A DNA stretch of 64,000 bases from Craspedostauros australis (Eukaryota): NCBI GenBank assembly GCA_030167865.1, contig JALAGF010002968.1, positions 1 to 64,000 on the forward strand. Direction: 5' to 3'. The notes below the pieces were generated by a model. That model searched no databases. It was not told the DNA's origin and saw nothing but the letters and a program-made list of their open reading frames with translations. The translations under genes and the position numbers were made by a program. Shown here piece after piece: positions 12,656 to 23,819 of this stretch (its first letter is position 1; every line of letters begins with the position of its first letter).

Positions 12656-13327
12656 TCACAGGAATTCCAATACATCCAGAGAAGTGATGATGCAGAGCAC
12701 AGAAATCAACATGCCAGAAACGTATGATGGATTGCAAGGCAGGTGGTGACCCATCTTCATCCCCACAGCATGTCCCACAAGCATCGTCAGGAACGACGCG
12801 AGCAGCGCATACCCTGCCGTCACAGAAGGCGAAAAGCCTGCAGCACCTCCCGCCACACCACCCGCCAGATTATTCAGAGTCATCGGCAGCGCGAGCTTCA
12901 GCACATCCTCCATCCTTGCCTGCTGAAGTTCTGATTTGGCACTGCCTGCTGTCGCCGTCACCGCTGCGGCTGATGATGATGATGTTGACGATGTTGACGA
13001 TGATGGTTGCGTTCCTCTTCTGTTGCCATTGCTCCTGTCCTTGCGCTCCTCCGCCACCGCATCGCGAAATTCCTGCACGGCAAGGTACGCAAATGCCATC
13101 GCCGCCAGCATCGGCGCCAAATTGGGGAACCGACTTGCCATCACGATTCCGCCAAAGCTGGCGATCCACGCACCGCACGCGTTGCAAATTGAGATGAATG
13201 CATTGACCCAGTGCGGCAGTGGCTTGCGACGCACGCCGATGGACAAGCCGACCATAAAGTTGTCCGTGGATGATGCCAGAGCCAACAGAATGGCATCGAC
13301 GTGCAATCGCAGCGCATTCGGCGTCAT
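12656..13327 (-). CDS. YtaF/MntP (DUF204)-like multi-pass membrane protein, putative metal (Mn) exporter (223 aa)
   Basis: Two internal repeats, LALASSTDNFMVGLSIG and LALPMTLNNLAGGVAGG, match the S.D.F.VG..YG and L.NN...G motifs of bacterial YtaF/MntP. About six hydrophobic segments; intronless. Confidence 0.75.
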   Translation of the reverse strand: MTPNALRLHVDAILLALASSTDNFMVGLSIGVRRKPLPHWVNAFISICNACGAWIASFGGIVMASRFPNLAPMLAAMAFAYLAVQEFRDAVAEERKDRSNGNRRGTQPSSSTSSTSSSSAAAVTATAGSAKSELQQARMEDVLKLALPMTLNNLAGGVAGGAAGFSPSVTAGYALLASFLTMLVGHAVGMKMGHHLPCNPSYVSGMLISVLCIITSLDVLEFL

Positions 13328-14115
13328 CGTTTCTTGAGAATGGTCTACGCGTATCGTGATTCTTGCACGTACGCGAAGCAGAATAGTATTGTATTATATT
13401 ATACTCTGAAGTCAAATGTGAGTGCCAATGCAGACGAAGATGGGTAGAGTGGGTGGACATCAAGCATCATTCTTTGGGCGCGTTGAAGTGTTTTGATCAT
13501 GTTTTTGGAATACGAATAAAATGTATAATTGGAGTATTACCGCATCATTCGTGTCTCGTACATGAACGAGTCATATGGTACGCGGTAATTATTTTATTAT
13601 AAAATATTATTCCGATGCAAACATGTTAATCGACATGTTTTACATCTGTCCGCCGCAAGTGGACTGCTGGTGTCGATCCACGTTTCGACAACAAAATGCC
13701 AACCGTTGACACGCAAAACATGGGCACACCAAGATCCAGAACAAAACAAAACAGGAAGAATGCGATCACTGTGGGTGCAGACCAAGAACCAAACAGGACA
13801 AAGATCACACCAACAAGACCAACACAACGATCAAGAGCAAGACCAAGAACCAAACCACAACGACCGTGTTGATCTTGCTCCCATAAAAGAGCAGATCGCA
13901 CAATACCATACTCTGCCACAATACTTTGTTTGACCATCGGCACAGCACCACACAGAGTGCGCCTATCACTCCCGTCGACACTTTCCTTTGTGTCTTCCCA
14001 CAAACGTTGTGCTTCCTCACAATACTCGTATCATCCACGCTTGCTGACACTGTCACATCTGCCAACATACTCACTTTCGCGCCAATTCGTACCAACATCC
14101 CATCCTGCAGCCACC

Positions 14116-16704
14116 ATGGGACGGAAGAAGCCATTCCAGAGCAGACGCAAGCGCTATGCGCAACAACCACAACCGCAGGAGGAGAAGCGTCCCTCCGTCG
14201 TGGGTCCCGGCTACATGGAGATCCTGGACGGGCACCTCTTTGGTGCAGAAGTGTCCATCATCATGTGCGGTGAATCACACCACGACGCCATCGACGTGAC
14301 ACGGGAGAAAGGCATCTTCCACCCGAAGACGGGATGGGTGGAGGTTGACGACATCGGGTTGCCTGGACAAGTCTTCAATCGTGACAAGAGCGACGGTAGC
14401 GAAAACAAGGAATCGTTGGCCATCAAGATCATCACCAAATCCAAGACGATGAAGACGCTGAAGAACAGCATGGAATGGAGCGCCGACTTCGTGAAGGAGA
14501 AGGAAATCTACGGCAACCTCTTCCTCTTTTGGTCGTACGACAATGACACCTCGGCCACTCCAAAAGGACGGCCCTTCATCGTGGAAGTCGAGTATGAAGC
14601 CTCGCTGGACGACCCGGACTTCCAAGAAGGCTGGGCGAAGCTCCCCAAGAGCGACATCAGCAATAGTGGCAACGCACGAGCAAGTTCCACATTCCTCCAA
14701 ACGACAACGAAACAAGCCATCCGGCAGGTCGATCCCAAGGCCGACATCAGTGCCGGCAAATACACCTTGCACAAGTACGATGATCTGGATGCTGTTGCTC
14801 GAGAACTCAACTCCAGACGATTGTCGGATCATCATGTACCCACATCTACCTACGACGACATCATCAACACACGAAAGCTGAAGCGACAGGAAGAGGGCAT
14901 CTGGACGTGGGATGATTGGTTTGATCATCTGCAATCGACTCTTCAAAAGAAGGAGATCCCCGTCGACCTGATCCTCGAGGGCAGTATCCCGCCGTGGGAA
15001 CTCGACCTGCACCGTCCCATCGTGGAAGGCAGCGATGTGGAAGGAGGTGGAATGAAGTTCGATCTGGAGGCACTCACCTTGCCAGAAGCAGCCGAATGCA
15101 TCCGCCGTCTCCCAGAAGATGACGCAGCCTCAGCGGAAGACCAGTGGGATCCATCGTCCGACGGCATCGGCTCCTACATCGACTTCATCTACAGAAAATT
15201 CATGAACAAAGTCCAGAACGCTAAAGCCAATGGTCACACTGCCTCTTCCTCCGCACCAGCAGCAACAGGCACAGGTGAAGCAGACGAAACGAGACCACGC
15301 GACGACTGGCTACACTGCGTTGACATGCGGGATCTTGGTTGCGAAGCGGCCTGTCGCACCCCCGTCGTTGCCAAGCTATGGGAGGACAAGCTCCACGCCA
15401 ACGAAAGAGAAGTTGTCGCAAGCATGAGCAAGAAGCAAGGAGGTGCCAAACCGGCGATCGAAACGCCAACGATCTACGATGGCCAGGCCCAATTCCTGCC
15501 ACAAAGCATGCTCAATGCAGAAGCTTACAGAGCTCGGCAACTCGAAGCAGAGGGCGAGCTTGCAAAGCTCGGAACCAATGATGACGACGACGACGACGAC
15601 GACGCCGACATTGATGATGAACACCTCGCGATATCATATCCATCATTCGAAGGCTTCTTTGGACAGAACACTGACTTCCTGTACTACGACAAGCAAGTCT
15701 TCCTCGCCTACTCTCCCTTTCTGGCACACTGCATCGGAAGCAAGCCTACTTGGGAGGCATTCATCCAGTCGCTCTTCTTTGGAGGCACCATTCCCGAAGC
15801 CATGGCTCATGTGAACCTGAAGGACCATCGCGGAATGATCCACGTGCGCAGTCCAATCCACGAGAAATGGGACGAGAATCCCATGACCTACAGCTACTAT
15901 GAAAGAGATGATCGGGAGCACTACATCTCCTTCCCATACTTTCCGTATCTGTTCTTCCTGGCCGCCAAGAACACCATGGACGCTCCCACGACCTGGAGCT
16001 CCAATGAATTCCGCAGATTGCATCAATCCACTACGGATGCTCCAGCAGCAGCAGCATCTACTGCTTCGCAAGGCCATCAAACTGCCAGCAGCAATCCGGC
16101 ACAGTTTGCGCTCGCCGTCCGCGAATGGGCCATCGCAAGCGCGATCCGGCACGGCGAGGATCCCAAGAACTCGGACGATACTAAATGCGGAGGCGAATGG
16201 TTCGAGGCGTATCTGCATGCCGCGCACCGGGGCATCTACGTTGACATCGAACGTGACGATCCGACTCAGCTGCTGGTAAAGAATCAGGTCCCCAGCTTGT
16301 TTTTCCGCAAAAAGCACAACATCGGCGAGATCCAGATCCCATCCGCAGACCAGGGATACGAAGACATCGTTGCCCACTTCGCGAAGGACATGGAGGACGG
16401 CAAAGTGATCCCGCCAGAGATCGAGGTGATGGCCAAGATCATCATCGATATCTGGATGTCCAACTTGGTTGACTTCGGTGCGCTGCTGAGACTTGGCAAC
16501 ATCGTGAAGGAGCGCAAGGTCAAAGCGTCCAAGATCGTCGTCGTCATGTACATGGGATCCTCTCACACGCAGAACCTTACCGCCTTCCTCACCAACATCA
16601 TGGGATTCAAAAAGAGCTCTTTTGTCGGGGATATCACCGGAGAGTTGGGAGGCGGGAACGTGTCACAATCGCTGGATCTCGCAGAACGATACTGGAAGAT
16701 GTGA
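14116..16704 (+). CDS. Uncharacterised 862-aa protein with EreA/ChaN/TraB-like motif series
   Basis: Intronless ORF with a CCACCATGG start. Ordered motifs IIMCGESHH, VDLILEG, LHCVDMRD, LVDFGALLRL and VVVMYMGSSH..L..FL...MGF. Confidence 0.8.
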   Translation: MGRKKPFQSRRKRYAQQPQPQEEKRPSVVGPGYMEILDGHLFGAEVSIIMCGESHHDAIDVTREKGIFHPKTGWVEVDDIGLPGQVFNRDKSDGSENKESLAIKIITKSKTMKTLKNSMEWSADFVKEKEIYGNLFLFWSYDNDTSATPKGRPFIVEVEYEASLDDPDFQEGWAKLPKSDISNSGNARASSTFLQTTTKQAIRQVDPKADISAGKYTLHKYDDLDAVARELNSRRLSDHHVPTSTYDDIINTRKLKRQEEGIWTWDDWFDHLQSTLQKKEIPVDLILEGSIPPWELDLHRPIVEGSDVEGGGMKFDLEALTLPEAAECIRRLPEDDAASAEDQWDPSSDGIGSYIDFIYRKFMNKVQNAKANGHTASSSAPAATGTGEADETRPRDDWLHCVDMRDLGCEAACRTPVVAKLWEDKLHANEREVVASMSKKQGGAKPAIETPTIYDGQAQFLPQSMLNAEAYRARQLEAEGELAKLGTNDDDDDDDDADIDDEHLAISYPSFEGFFGQNTDFLYYDKQVFLAYSPFLAHCIGSKPTWEAFIQSLFFGGTIPEAMAHVNLKDHRGMIHVRSPIHEKWDENPMTYSYYERDDREHYISFPYFPYLFFLAAKNTMDAPTTWSSNEFRRLHQSTTDAPAAAASTASQGHQTASSNPAQFALAVREWAIASAIRHGEDPKNSDDTKCGGEWFEAYLHAAHRGIYVDIERDDPTQLLVKNQVPSLFFRKKHNIGEIQIPSADQGYEDIVAHFAKDMEDGKVIPPEIEVMAKIIIDIWMSNLVDFGALLRLGNIVKERKVKASKIVVVMYMGSSHTQNLTAFLTNIMGFKKSSFVGDITGELGGGNVSQSLDLAERYWKM

Positions 16705-17270
16705 GGTGCGAAATGCTCGTGCGATCGAGTGTGCGGAAGTGCGCCTCTTCATCATCAACCGTGGGAGACGGCGTACTGCAGTAGAATTGATGTAAGCAGA
16801 ACAGTATTGGTGTAGTAGTACGTGTCCTCTGGAGAGTAGTCGCAGGTGTGACTTTGGTATTCAAATGGCTATTTTCGGAGCTAGCGCGCTAGGTCTGTCG
16901 TATGTGCGAGATTGAGTCGACCGAGTCAACCGTGTGACAAAAATTCCTGAAGTGGTGCGGGACGCGCGAACAACACGAGAGCATTTTTCCTCTCTTGGTC
17001 TTCATTTTTGTTTTCTCGTTTTCTCGCTCGTTGAGCGATGTCCCACACCAGCCACACACATGGCACAACAAGGGACATCCCACCTGAAGACAACGCAAGG
17101 GATCATTCATCAGGCATCGGGAACGCGACATCAAGAGGATCATCCCTTTCCACCATACTTTTCACTCCCACCGTGACAGAAACGAAAACGACACCGCCTG
17201 CGCTCGTTCTTGAGTTTGATCCAAGTTCCCCCTTGATTCGCAACCACATTTGGCAAACAGGCAAGCAATC

Positions 17271-17330
17271 AGTGCAAGCGTGAGTCCGAGTGCAAGTGCA
17301 AGTGTAAGCGCAAGTGGAAGTGGAAGTGCA
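17271..17330. repeat. Degenerate hexamer repeat (AGTGCA-like)
   Basis: agtgca/agtgta/agcgca/agtgga units in tandem upstream of the prenyltransferase. Confidence 0.7.
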
Positions 17331-17394
17331 TTCAGAACTCATACTCGGACGAAGACCCAGCCGAGCGCAACGGCGTTCGCACGGACAGTGCACG

Positions 17395-19233
17395 ATGGTC
17401 AGCTCCGCCTTAGATCAACAACAACAACAGGCACCATGGCCAACCAAGGTGTTGGTCTCGACGTACGAGCAGTACGTGGCTTCCAACCAAAACAATGACG
17501 AGGTGGGGCAATTCCTGCTGCAACAGACACAAGATTCAGGTGCTGCAGCATTTGCATCGACGCCGGACGAAGACGTCCTCGTGGAATGGTTCGGATCCGC
17601 GTTTGACAACACCAGCCGACAGCAGCAATGGTGCACGTGCAGCGAAGCGATCTCATCCTCGTGTCACCAAAGCATGATGATCGATGACAAGCCCGTTTGG
17701 TGGTTGCTGCTGCGCTGGTGCAAGATGATGCTCTTCAAGATTGCGCGATCGTACAATGCTAAGCCCGTGCTGTTGATGATGATGCCGTTGGTGGTGGGCA
17801 TCCTCGTTGGGTATTGCTTGGGAACGCGTCGGACGAACACCAAGCCAACCGGGCGCATGATTTCGACGTCCCTTCGCAGGGCGTGGGATGTCCTTGCGGG
17901 CCTTTCGCTGTGGGTGTTCCTGTTTGTCACGACGCAGGGCGGATCGCTCTTTCTGTCGACGGTGCGGTCCGATGATCTGACATCGACGACGGCGCGGTCG
18001 TCGGCACCGGCAACACGGGATGCATCGACTTCCACCTCGACCTCCACTTTGGTGTGTCCCAAAATACCACCGGGCGTTGCATCCTCCACGTCGGACGGTG
18101 TCACCGCGGCCACGAAGCAACCGGCTGCCATTGATCCGCTGCTTGTTCAACGAGAAGACAACGTCCGATCCAACCTCCGCAGCGACGACGGCATGCGATG
18201 CGAAAGCGGCGTCGACGCCGCCAAGGTCCCCAAGCACATCGCCGTCATCATGGACGGCAATCGTCGCTACGGGAAGGAAAAGTACGGCAGCGCCTCGCGC
18301 GGACATTGGGATGGCAGCGCCAAGCTGGTGGAATTCGCCAAATGGTGCATCGCCGAGAATGTCTCCTACCTCACGGTCTACGCCTTTTCGACGGAGAATT
18401 GGAACCGCGATCCTGCCGAGGTTGCGGCGCTCATGAAGATATTCATCCGGTACTGCGATGAGCTGCGCATCGAGGCATTGCAACGCAACATCAAGATCTG
18501 CGTGCTGTCGACGGATACGGTTCGGGTGAGTGCGCAGTGGAGTGGAGTGGAGTGCAACACAGCGCAGCGCAGTGGAGCGCAATGCAGCGGTCTTGTTCTT
18601 CCATGTGCAGCTACGGCATGGTGAAGGAGCGTGGTTATGTGTCATGTGATGGCACCATTCATGCCAGAAGGGGTCTTGCGAACGAGCCACTCTTTGGATC
18701 TCCGTACTCTATGCCGTGCCACCGTCCTCTCTTCAATTCAAATTCTCACCCATCTTCCCATCTGAAACACGACGACGCTTTGATTCGTTGCGATACTGAA
18801 CTAACTCTCTTCCAATCAAATATCACAACAGATACCCCAAGCTGTCAAGCAAGGACTCAAGCAGATGGTCGATGAAACCGCCCACTGCGAAGGTGGTTTG
18901 ACGTTGAATATTTGCATGAGCTACGGCAGCCGCGGTGAGATTGTAAATGCAGCACGTTCGGTCGCCACGAACGTCATGCAAGGCAATCTCGATGTCTCCA
19001 GCATCGACGAGGATTGCATTCAAGGCCATTTGCTGACGGCGCAACGTGGGGGCGACCCGGACATCCTCATCCGCACGTCAGGTGAACTGCGCATTAGTAA
19101 CTTCTTGCTGTGGCAGCTGGCATACGCGGAGTTCTTCTTCATCGACAAGGCATGGCCCGCAATCGAAAAGGAAGACTTGGTGGAGGTGATACGGTCCTTC
19201 GCGAATGGTCGGAAGCGACGGTTTGGGAAGTAG
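17395..19233 (+). CDS. cis-prenyltransferase (UPPS/DHDDS family) with long hydrophobic N-terminal extension (2 exons: 17395-18525, 18832-19233; about 510 aa)
   Basis: Motifs PKHIAVIMDGNRR, TVYAFSTENWNR, SYGSRGEI, DPDILIRTSGELRISNFLLWQLAYAE and C-terminal RRFGK. GTGAGT donor at 18526, CTAAC branch point at 18801, CAG acceptor at 18831, phase 0. Start codon uncertain. Confidence 0.92.
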
Positions 19234-20282
19234 TGCGGGAAGGCACTGTGTGGTGCATGCTCTACACGACAAGGCAATTGTAGAATTTTACACTATCGAG
19301 TAGATTATGCCATTTGACATCTCCTCACCACCCAAGCGTACTCTCCACAAGTATGCAAATGTTCTATGCACGTTGTGCTGTCCCATTGCATGTATTGGGA
19401 GGGACGTATACAGTACCATACCCGCACATCCAGGAGATCACGAAAATAAATGGAACTGTCGCGAGCATGGCTTTCGCCTGACAATTCCAATCACATCAAG
19501 CCGCCAGTACTCTGGAGAGATGACGAATGGGCAGAATGTGCAGATTCATTGACTCTATACTCGTACGGGTGAGAAGAGTAATGTGGGAATGTGTACACAT
19601 CACTATCAAATGTAGAGCATGGTAGGGTAGGGTAGCATGGTTTATGGATTTGTGCTATCGTATTATTTACATCGTTGCGATCGGCTGCAGGACAAATAAA
19701 GAAGAAAGTGGAGGCGGCACCGGCGTGCGAGTAGACCGACGGTTTGCGGTCGTCTCTGCCCCCAAAAGTAGATGTGACTACTACATGTACATGTGTGCTT
19801 GGCGGTTGGTGCGTGGTGTGGTATGAGCCGAGGTGCTCTGCTTGTGTTTGCACTGGTGTGGATGGCTTGTGCGATGACGGTGGTGACGATGGTGGCGTTC
19901 ACCATCACGCAGATCTTCGCAGAAGAGCAACAGGAATAGAAACGTACGAGTATGTGCAGATATGAAAGTTCCTGGTGCTGAGTGAATCGAGTTGATGGAC
20001 GACGATTCATCTTTGTGAATGTGCATATGTTCACTAGCGTGATGGATCCTTGTCGTGATGAGCCAAGCACGCAGCTAAAGGATCATGGCCTCCTTGTGGA
20101 TGGGCCATGGCGTTGCTAATCGATCTGCCCATCGCTGTTACATGGCCAGTGCTCGCATAGCAGCGAAACGAGGGGCATTGGTTTGAGTGGAAGCCTCGAC
20201 TTCCAGCGCCTTGGAATGATGACGTCCCGCCCTTCGCACGCACTTGTTCGATAACAGTGTGGGACCATCACGATGCGTCTCC

Positions 20283-22540
20283 TTATTCGTCATGAACTGG
20301 CGTCAGGGCGTAGTCGAAGAACTTGGCTCGTCCGTGAGAGCTTCGGACCAGTGCGACATTGAGCCGGATCTATCCATGGGGCGAATATCGTAGTGGTTGT
20401 GTTGAGGTTGTGTTTTTGTTGACATGCAGTTGTGCGCAAGCGTTGATCACCATCCAGGAAGAAATGGGGGAAGGTGAACAAGAGAAAGTTGAACGGAGAG
20501 ACAGAGATTGAATGTGCGATTGTTAGTTTGGATTCGGGCAAGAGAAAAGATCAAATATGAAGCGATAACAGGGTGATTCTTCTTGCGAGCAAAGCTCTGT
20601 GCGGTTGCATCCGAAGGGCCGTCGATCCAGTGTCGGTGCTAAAGCGCGAACAAGGAGCTTACCTTCTGGTCGGGATTCCTGCTGAACCGGACGATGCCAC
20701 TCCAAAAGTCGTCCTCAGCAATGGTGGATGCTGCGGTTTGCGGGTCCACCGACTGGGATTCCTCTCTGCCGGGCTTCTGTAGGATGTTGCTCATGGCAGT
20801 GAAGACATTATCCATATCCTCGCGGCATAGCAGGTTGAAGAGCGAGAGGTTCGTTGGATTGACGCGTGCTGCCGTTGAAGATGCGCCTTGCGCGACACTA
20901 TGTTGGTGTTGATTCGGCTGTGGCTCCTGTTCGTACGTGGGCGATGACGACACCATGTCGGGATGCCCCGACAGGTCTCCTATCGATGCGCTGTTGGGCA
21001 TGTTGGCGGCCTCTTCGGGGAGAAGTACGGAGCGGCTGATGCCGGTGAGGTTTTCGAACTCACGGTTGCAGTCCATGAACCTCCCGTCGACGCTGGCGAT
21101 GGCGAGCGGGATGCCGCAATGCGTGAAGATGCTCTTGTAGTCCACGCCGCTGACCTGCAGCAGTTCGTCGGCGGCTTCGGCAAGCGGCGTTGCGGCGGCC
21201 GCTGCCACGGAAGATGTGGCGTCAGAGGAGGACTGGGGGTTGTTCGGTTCCATATCGCTCGAACCCGATATCGAGGAGTTGGTCGTGGTTGTGGACGGCA
21301 GGTACCTCTGGTTAACGAGGTCGTTCGTGGTGGAGATCGTATCGAGGAGCTTCTTGTGTTCTTGGTCGAGGCTGGCGGACTTGTTTTGGAGTTGCTTGAT
21401 GTACTCGGCAACGGTGACCAACGTCGAGTACTTGTCGGGCTTGAATTGTATGTTGGCAGATTCCAGGACAACGCGGAGCTCGGCAATCTGGTGCGTGATC
21501 TTGTGAGCTCTCTGTTGTTCTCTGAAGTTGCGGTCCTGTCTCTTTCGGACATGGCCGCCCTCCTCTTCGGGGACCTCCACCAGGCTGTTTCTGGATCGCT
21601 TGCGGGATGATGACGACGACGATACGGACATTGCGGATGATGACTTGCTCATGTGTGTGCCCCGGCTTTTGGCGGACTTGTGCGACGAGGCGACGGAGCC
21701 ACCGCTTCGGCTGCCTCGTTTCTTGACCGACCGGGAGCTGACGCTGACGGTGGAGGGCATTGTTGCGGTTTGCTGCAGCGGCGTTGACGTCGGTTCGAAG
21801 CCTCCCTGGTGCGGCATAGGTGTCATGGCTACAACCGTGCCTTGGGTAGACGCGGGTTGCATCGGCGGGAAGCCGTATCCTGCGGAGAACTCCGATTCCA
21901 GCAATCCTGTCTGCGGTGGGTGCGTTGGATGACCCTGCAGATGCTGTTGCTGGTGCTGTTGTGGCTGCTGCTGCATCGGAAGCTGTTGATGCATCTGCTG
22001 CTGATGCTGCGGCATAGATTGCATTTGTGTGTGCGTCTGGGCTTGAGCGTGCGGTTGCATCTGCTGCATCTGCATCTGCGGCTGATGCTGCTGCACGATG
22101 ATGGGCGCAGTGGGCGGCTGCGGCAGACCAACCGGGACGGGACTCGTCATGTCAGGAGTCTGCCCAGGGAGGTTGTTTTGAGTGATGGCATACTGCACGT
22201 ACGGAACCCCTGAAGGCGTTGGTGTTGGTGCTCCGTTTGAGGTGAGCAGGCCTTGCGAAGGCACCGAGGCGATGGTCTGCAGTTGCGGGTACATGCTCTG
22301 TTGCGGCGGCTGCTGTTGTGGCTGCTGCGCCTGTTGTTGACACTGTATTTGGTGCTGTTGATGGTGCTGTTGATGTTGTTGGTTCTGCAGCTGGTGCCTG
22401 TGGTGATCGATGGCGGTAACGGGAGCAGGTGTTTGGACCGAGACTCCCATGAAGGGGTCCTGTGATGGTGAGATCCCTCCACCGAGATGCTCGCTGTCCA
22501 GCAGGGCATCCAGAGATGCGTTGAAGTTGATCTCGTCCAT
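20283..22540 (-). CDS. bHLH-PAS transcription factor, diatom bHLH1a/1b (RITMO1) class, copy A (2 exons: 22540-20663, 20369-20283; 654 aa)
   Basis: bHLH RNFREQQRAHKITHQIAELRVVL..KPDKYSTL..VAEYIKQLQ and PAS DYKSIFTHCGIPLAIASVDGRFMDCNREF..SLFNLL. The intron at 20662-20370 (GTAAGC..TAG) restores the terminal PAS strands IRLNVALVRSSHGRAKFFDYALT. Confidence 0.9.
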
Positions 22541-23143
22541 TGTGTCCTTGTGAGTTGGCCACTTGGCTACTTGGGCGGTTCGTTGGCTCGTTCGCTTGCT
22601 CGGCCTTCGCACCTCTGCCTGTGCTCTTGCGTGTACTTCCCTGCGCAGCGGATGTCCTTGTTGCTGTCTCTGTGACTGGTCTAGTTTCCTCTTGTTGGCC
22701 TGTGATGCTGTGGCGTGCCAATACGTAGAAGTCGTGCTGTGGGGTACGTCGAATGTTGCAAACAAGCAAGCAAGCACACAAGAGCGCAAACAGAACGGTG
22801 CTTAGTTGTGGCAACGCTTGGTTCGGCTCAACGATGGCGATTGCGCAGCGGTGTGGGTGTGTACGCGTCTGGCGGGGCTGCTTGGATGGTGGCGGCGATG
22901 CTGCTGCTGCTCGTACAGTTGTTGAGGCTCTGCTAGTGTGTGCTCAATGGTGAGACTCCTGTTGGGCAGCGGATGGATGGGTGGATTGACCGGAGGAGGG
23001 AGATGTGGTTTGCGCGCCAAAGATGCTGCCAGTCTCTTCGGTGTTGCTATTGTGGATGATGCGGTACGCGGCAACGTAGGCGTTTTTGGTCTTTCGCTTG
23101 GTTGAGCTTCAGCCTTTTTCGTTTCGTTTCTTGTTGTGACGTT

Positions 23144-23171
23144 GCCTTGCCTTGCCTTGCGCCTTGCCTTG
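23144..23171. repeat. (GCCTT)n pentamer repeat
   Basis: Near-perfect tandem pentamers in the leader/upstream region of bHLH-PAS copy A. Confidence 0.8.
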
Positions 23172-23819
23172 CGTTGGGTTGCTGGTCCTCTCGCTTGGGA
23201 GGGTGGTGTTTGGATGCTTTGCCTTCGAGAAGGGTTGTTGGGATCTTGTTGCCGATGATGGATGAGGTGATGAGATGATAGATGATAGATGATGGGTGAT
23301 GGGTGGTTGCAGTCAGCGTCCCGGAGGTTCTGTTCTCTTTAGATTTCCCGGCGGTGTGGCTGTTGTCGATAATGATGATGATGAAGCTGCTGCTGCTGCT
23401 GATGCGGAGGAGTGATGATCACTCCACCAATACTTCGTTTGCCTGTTTTTCGTTTGCTGTCGACTGTACTCCGATCCGCTCTGGTACTATTTCTACGTGA
23501 AAAAGCACTGATTGTACTCTCACTGCTGCGTCATGCAGATGGTGTTCGTCAATTTGCGTTCGTTTCGCTGCGGCGCGCTGCTGGGGGTGTGTGGCAGTGT
23601 CGTGTCGCCAACGTCGTTGTTGCACAGAGTTCGGGTGATACTCTGCCAGGCTACAACCGCGGTGAACGCCGTGCAACACCAACGCAACAACACTCGCCGA
23701 CTTCACCCTTTTTGATTGTGGTGTTGCCCTTTGGTTTCCCTACGAAGTGTACCTTGGCGTGGCACTTGCACTTGCCACGCTCACCATCTGACTTTGTTGC
23801 TGTTAGGAATACAATGATA

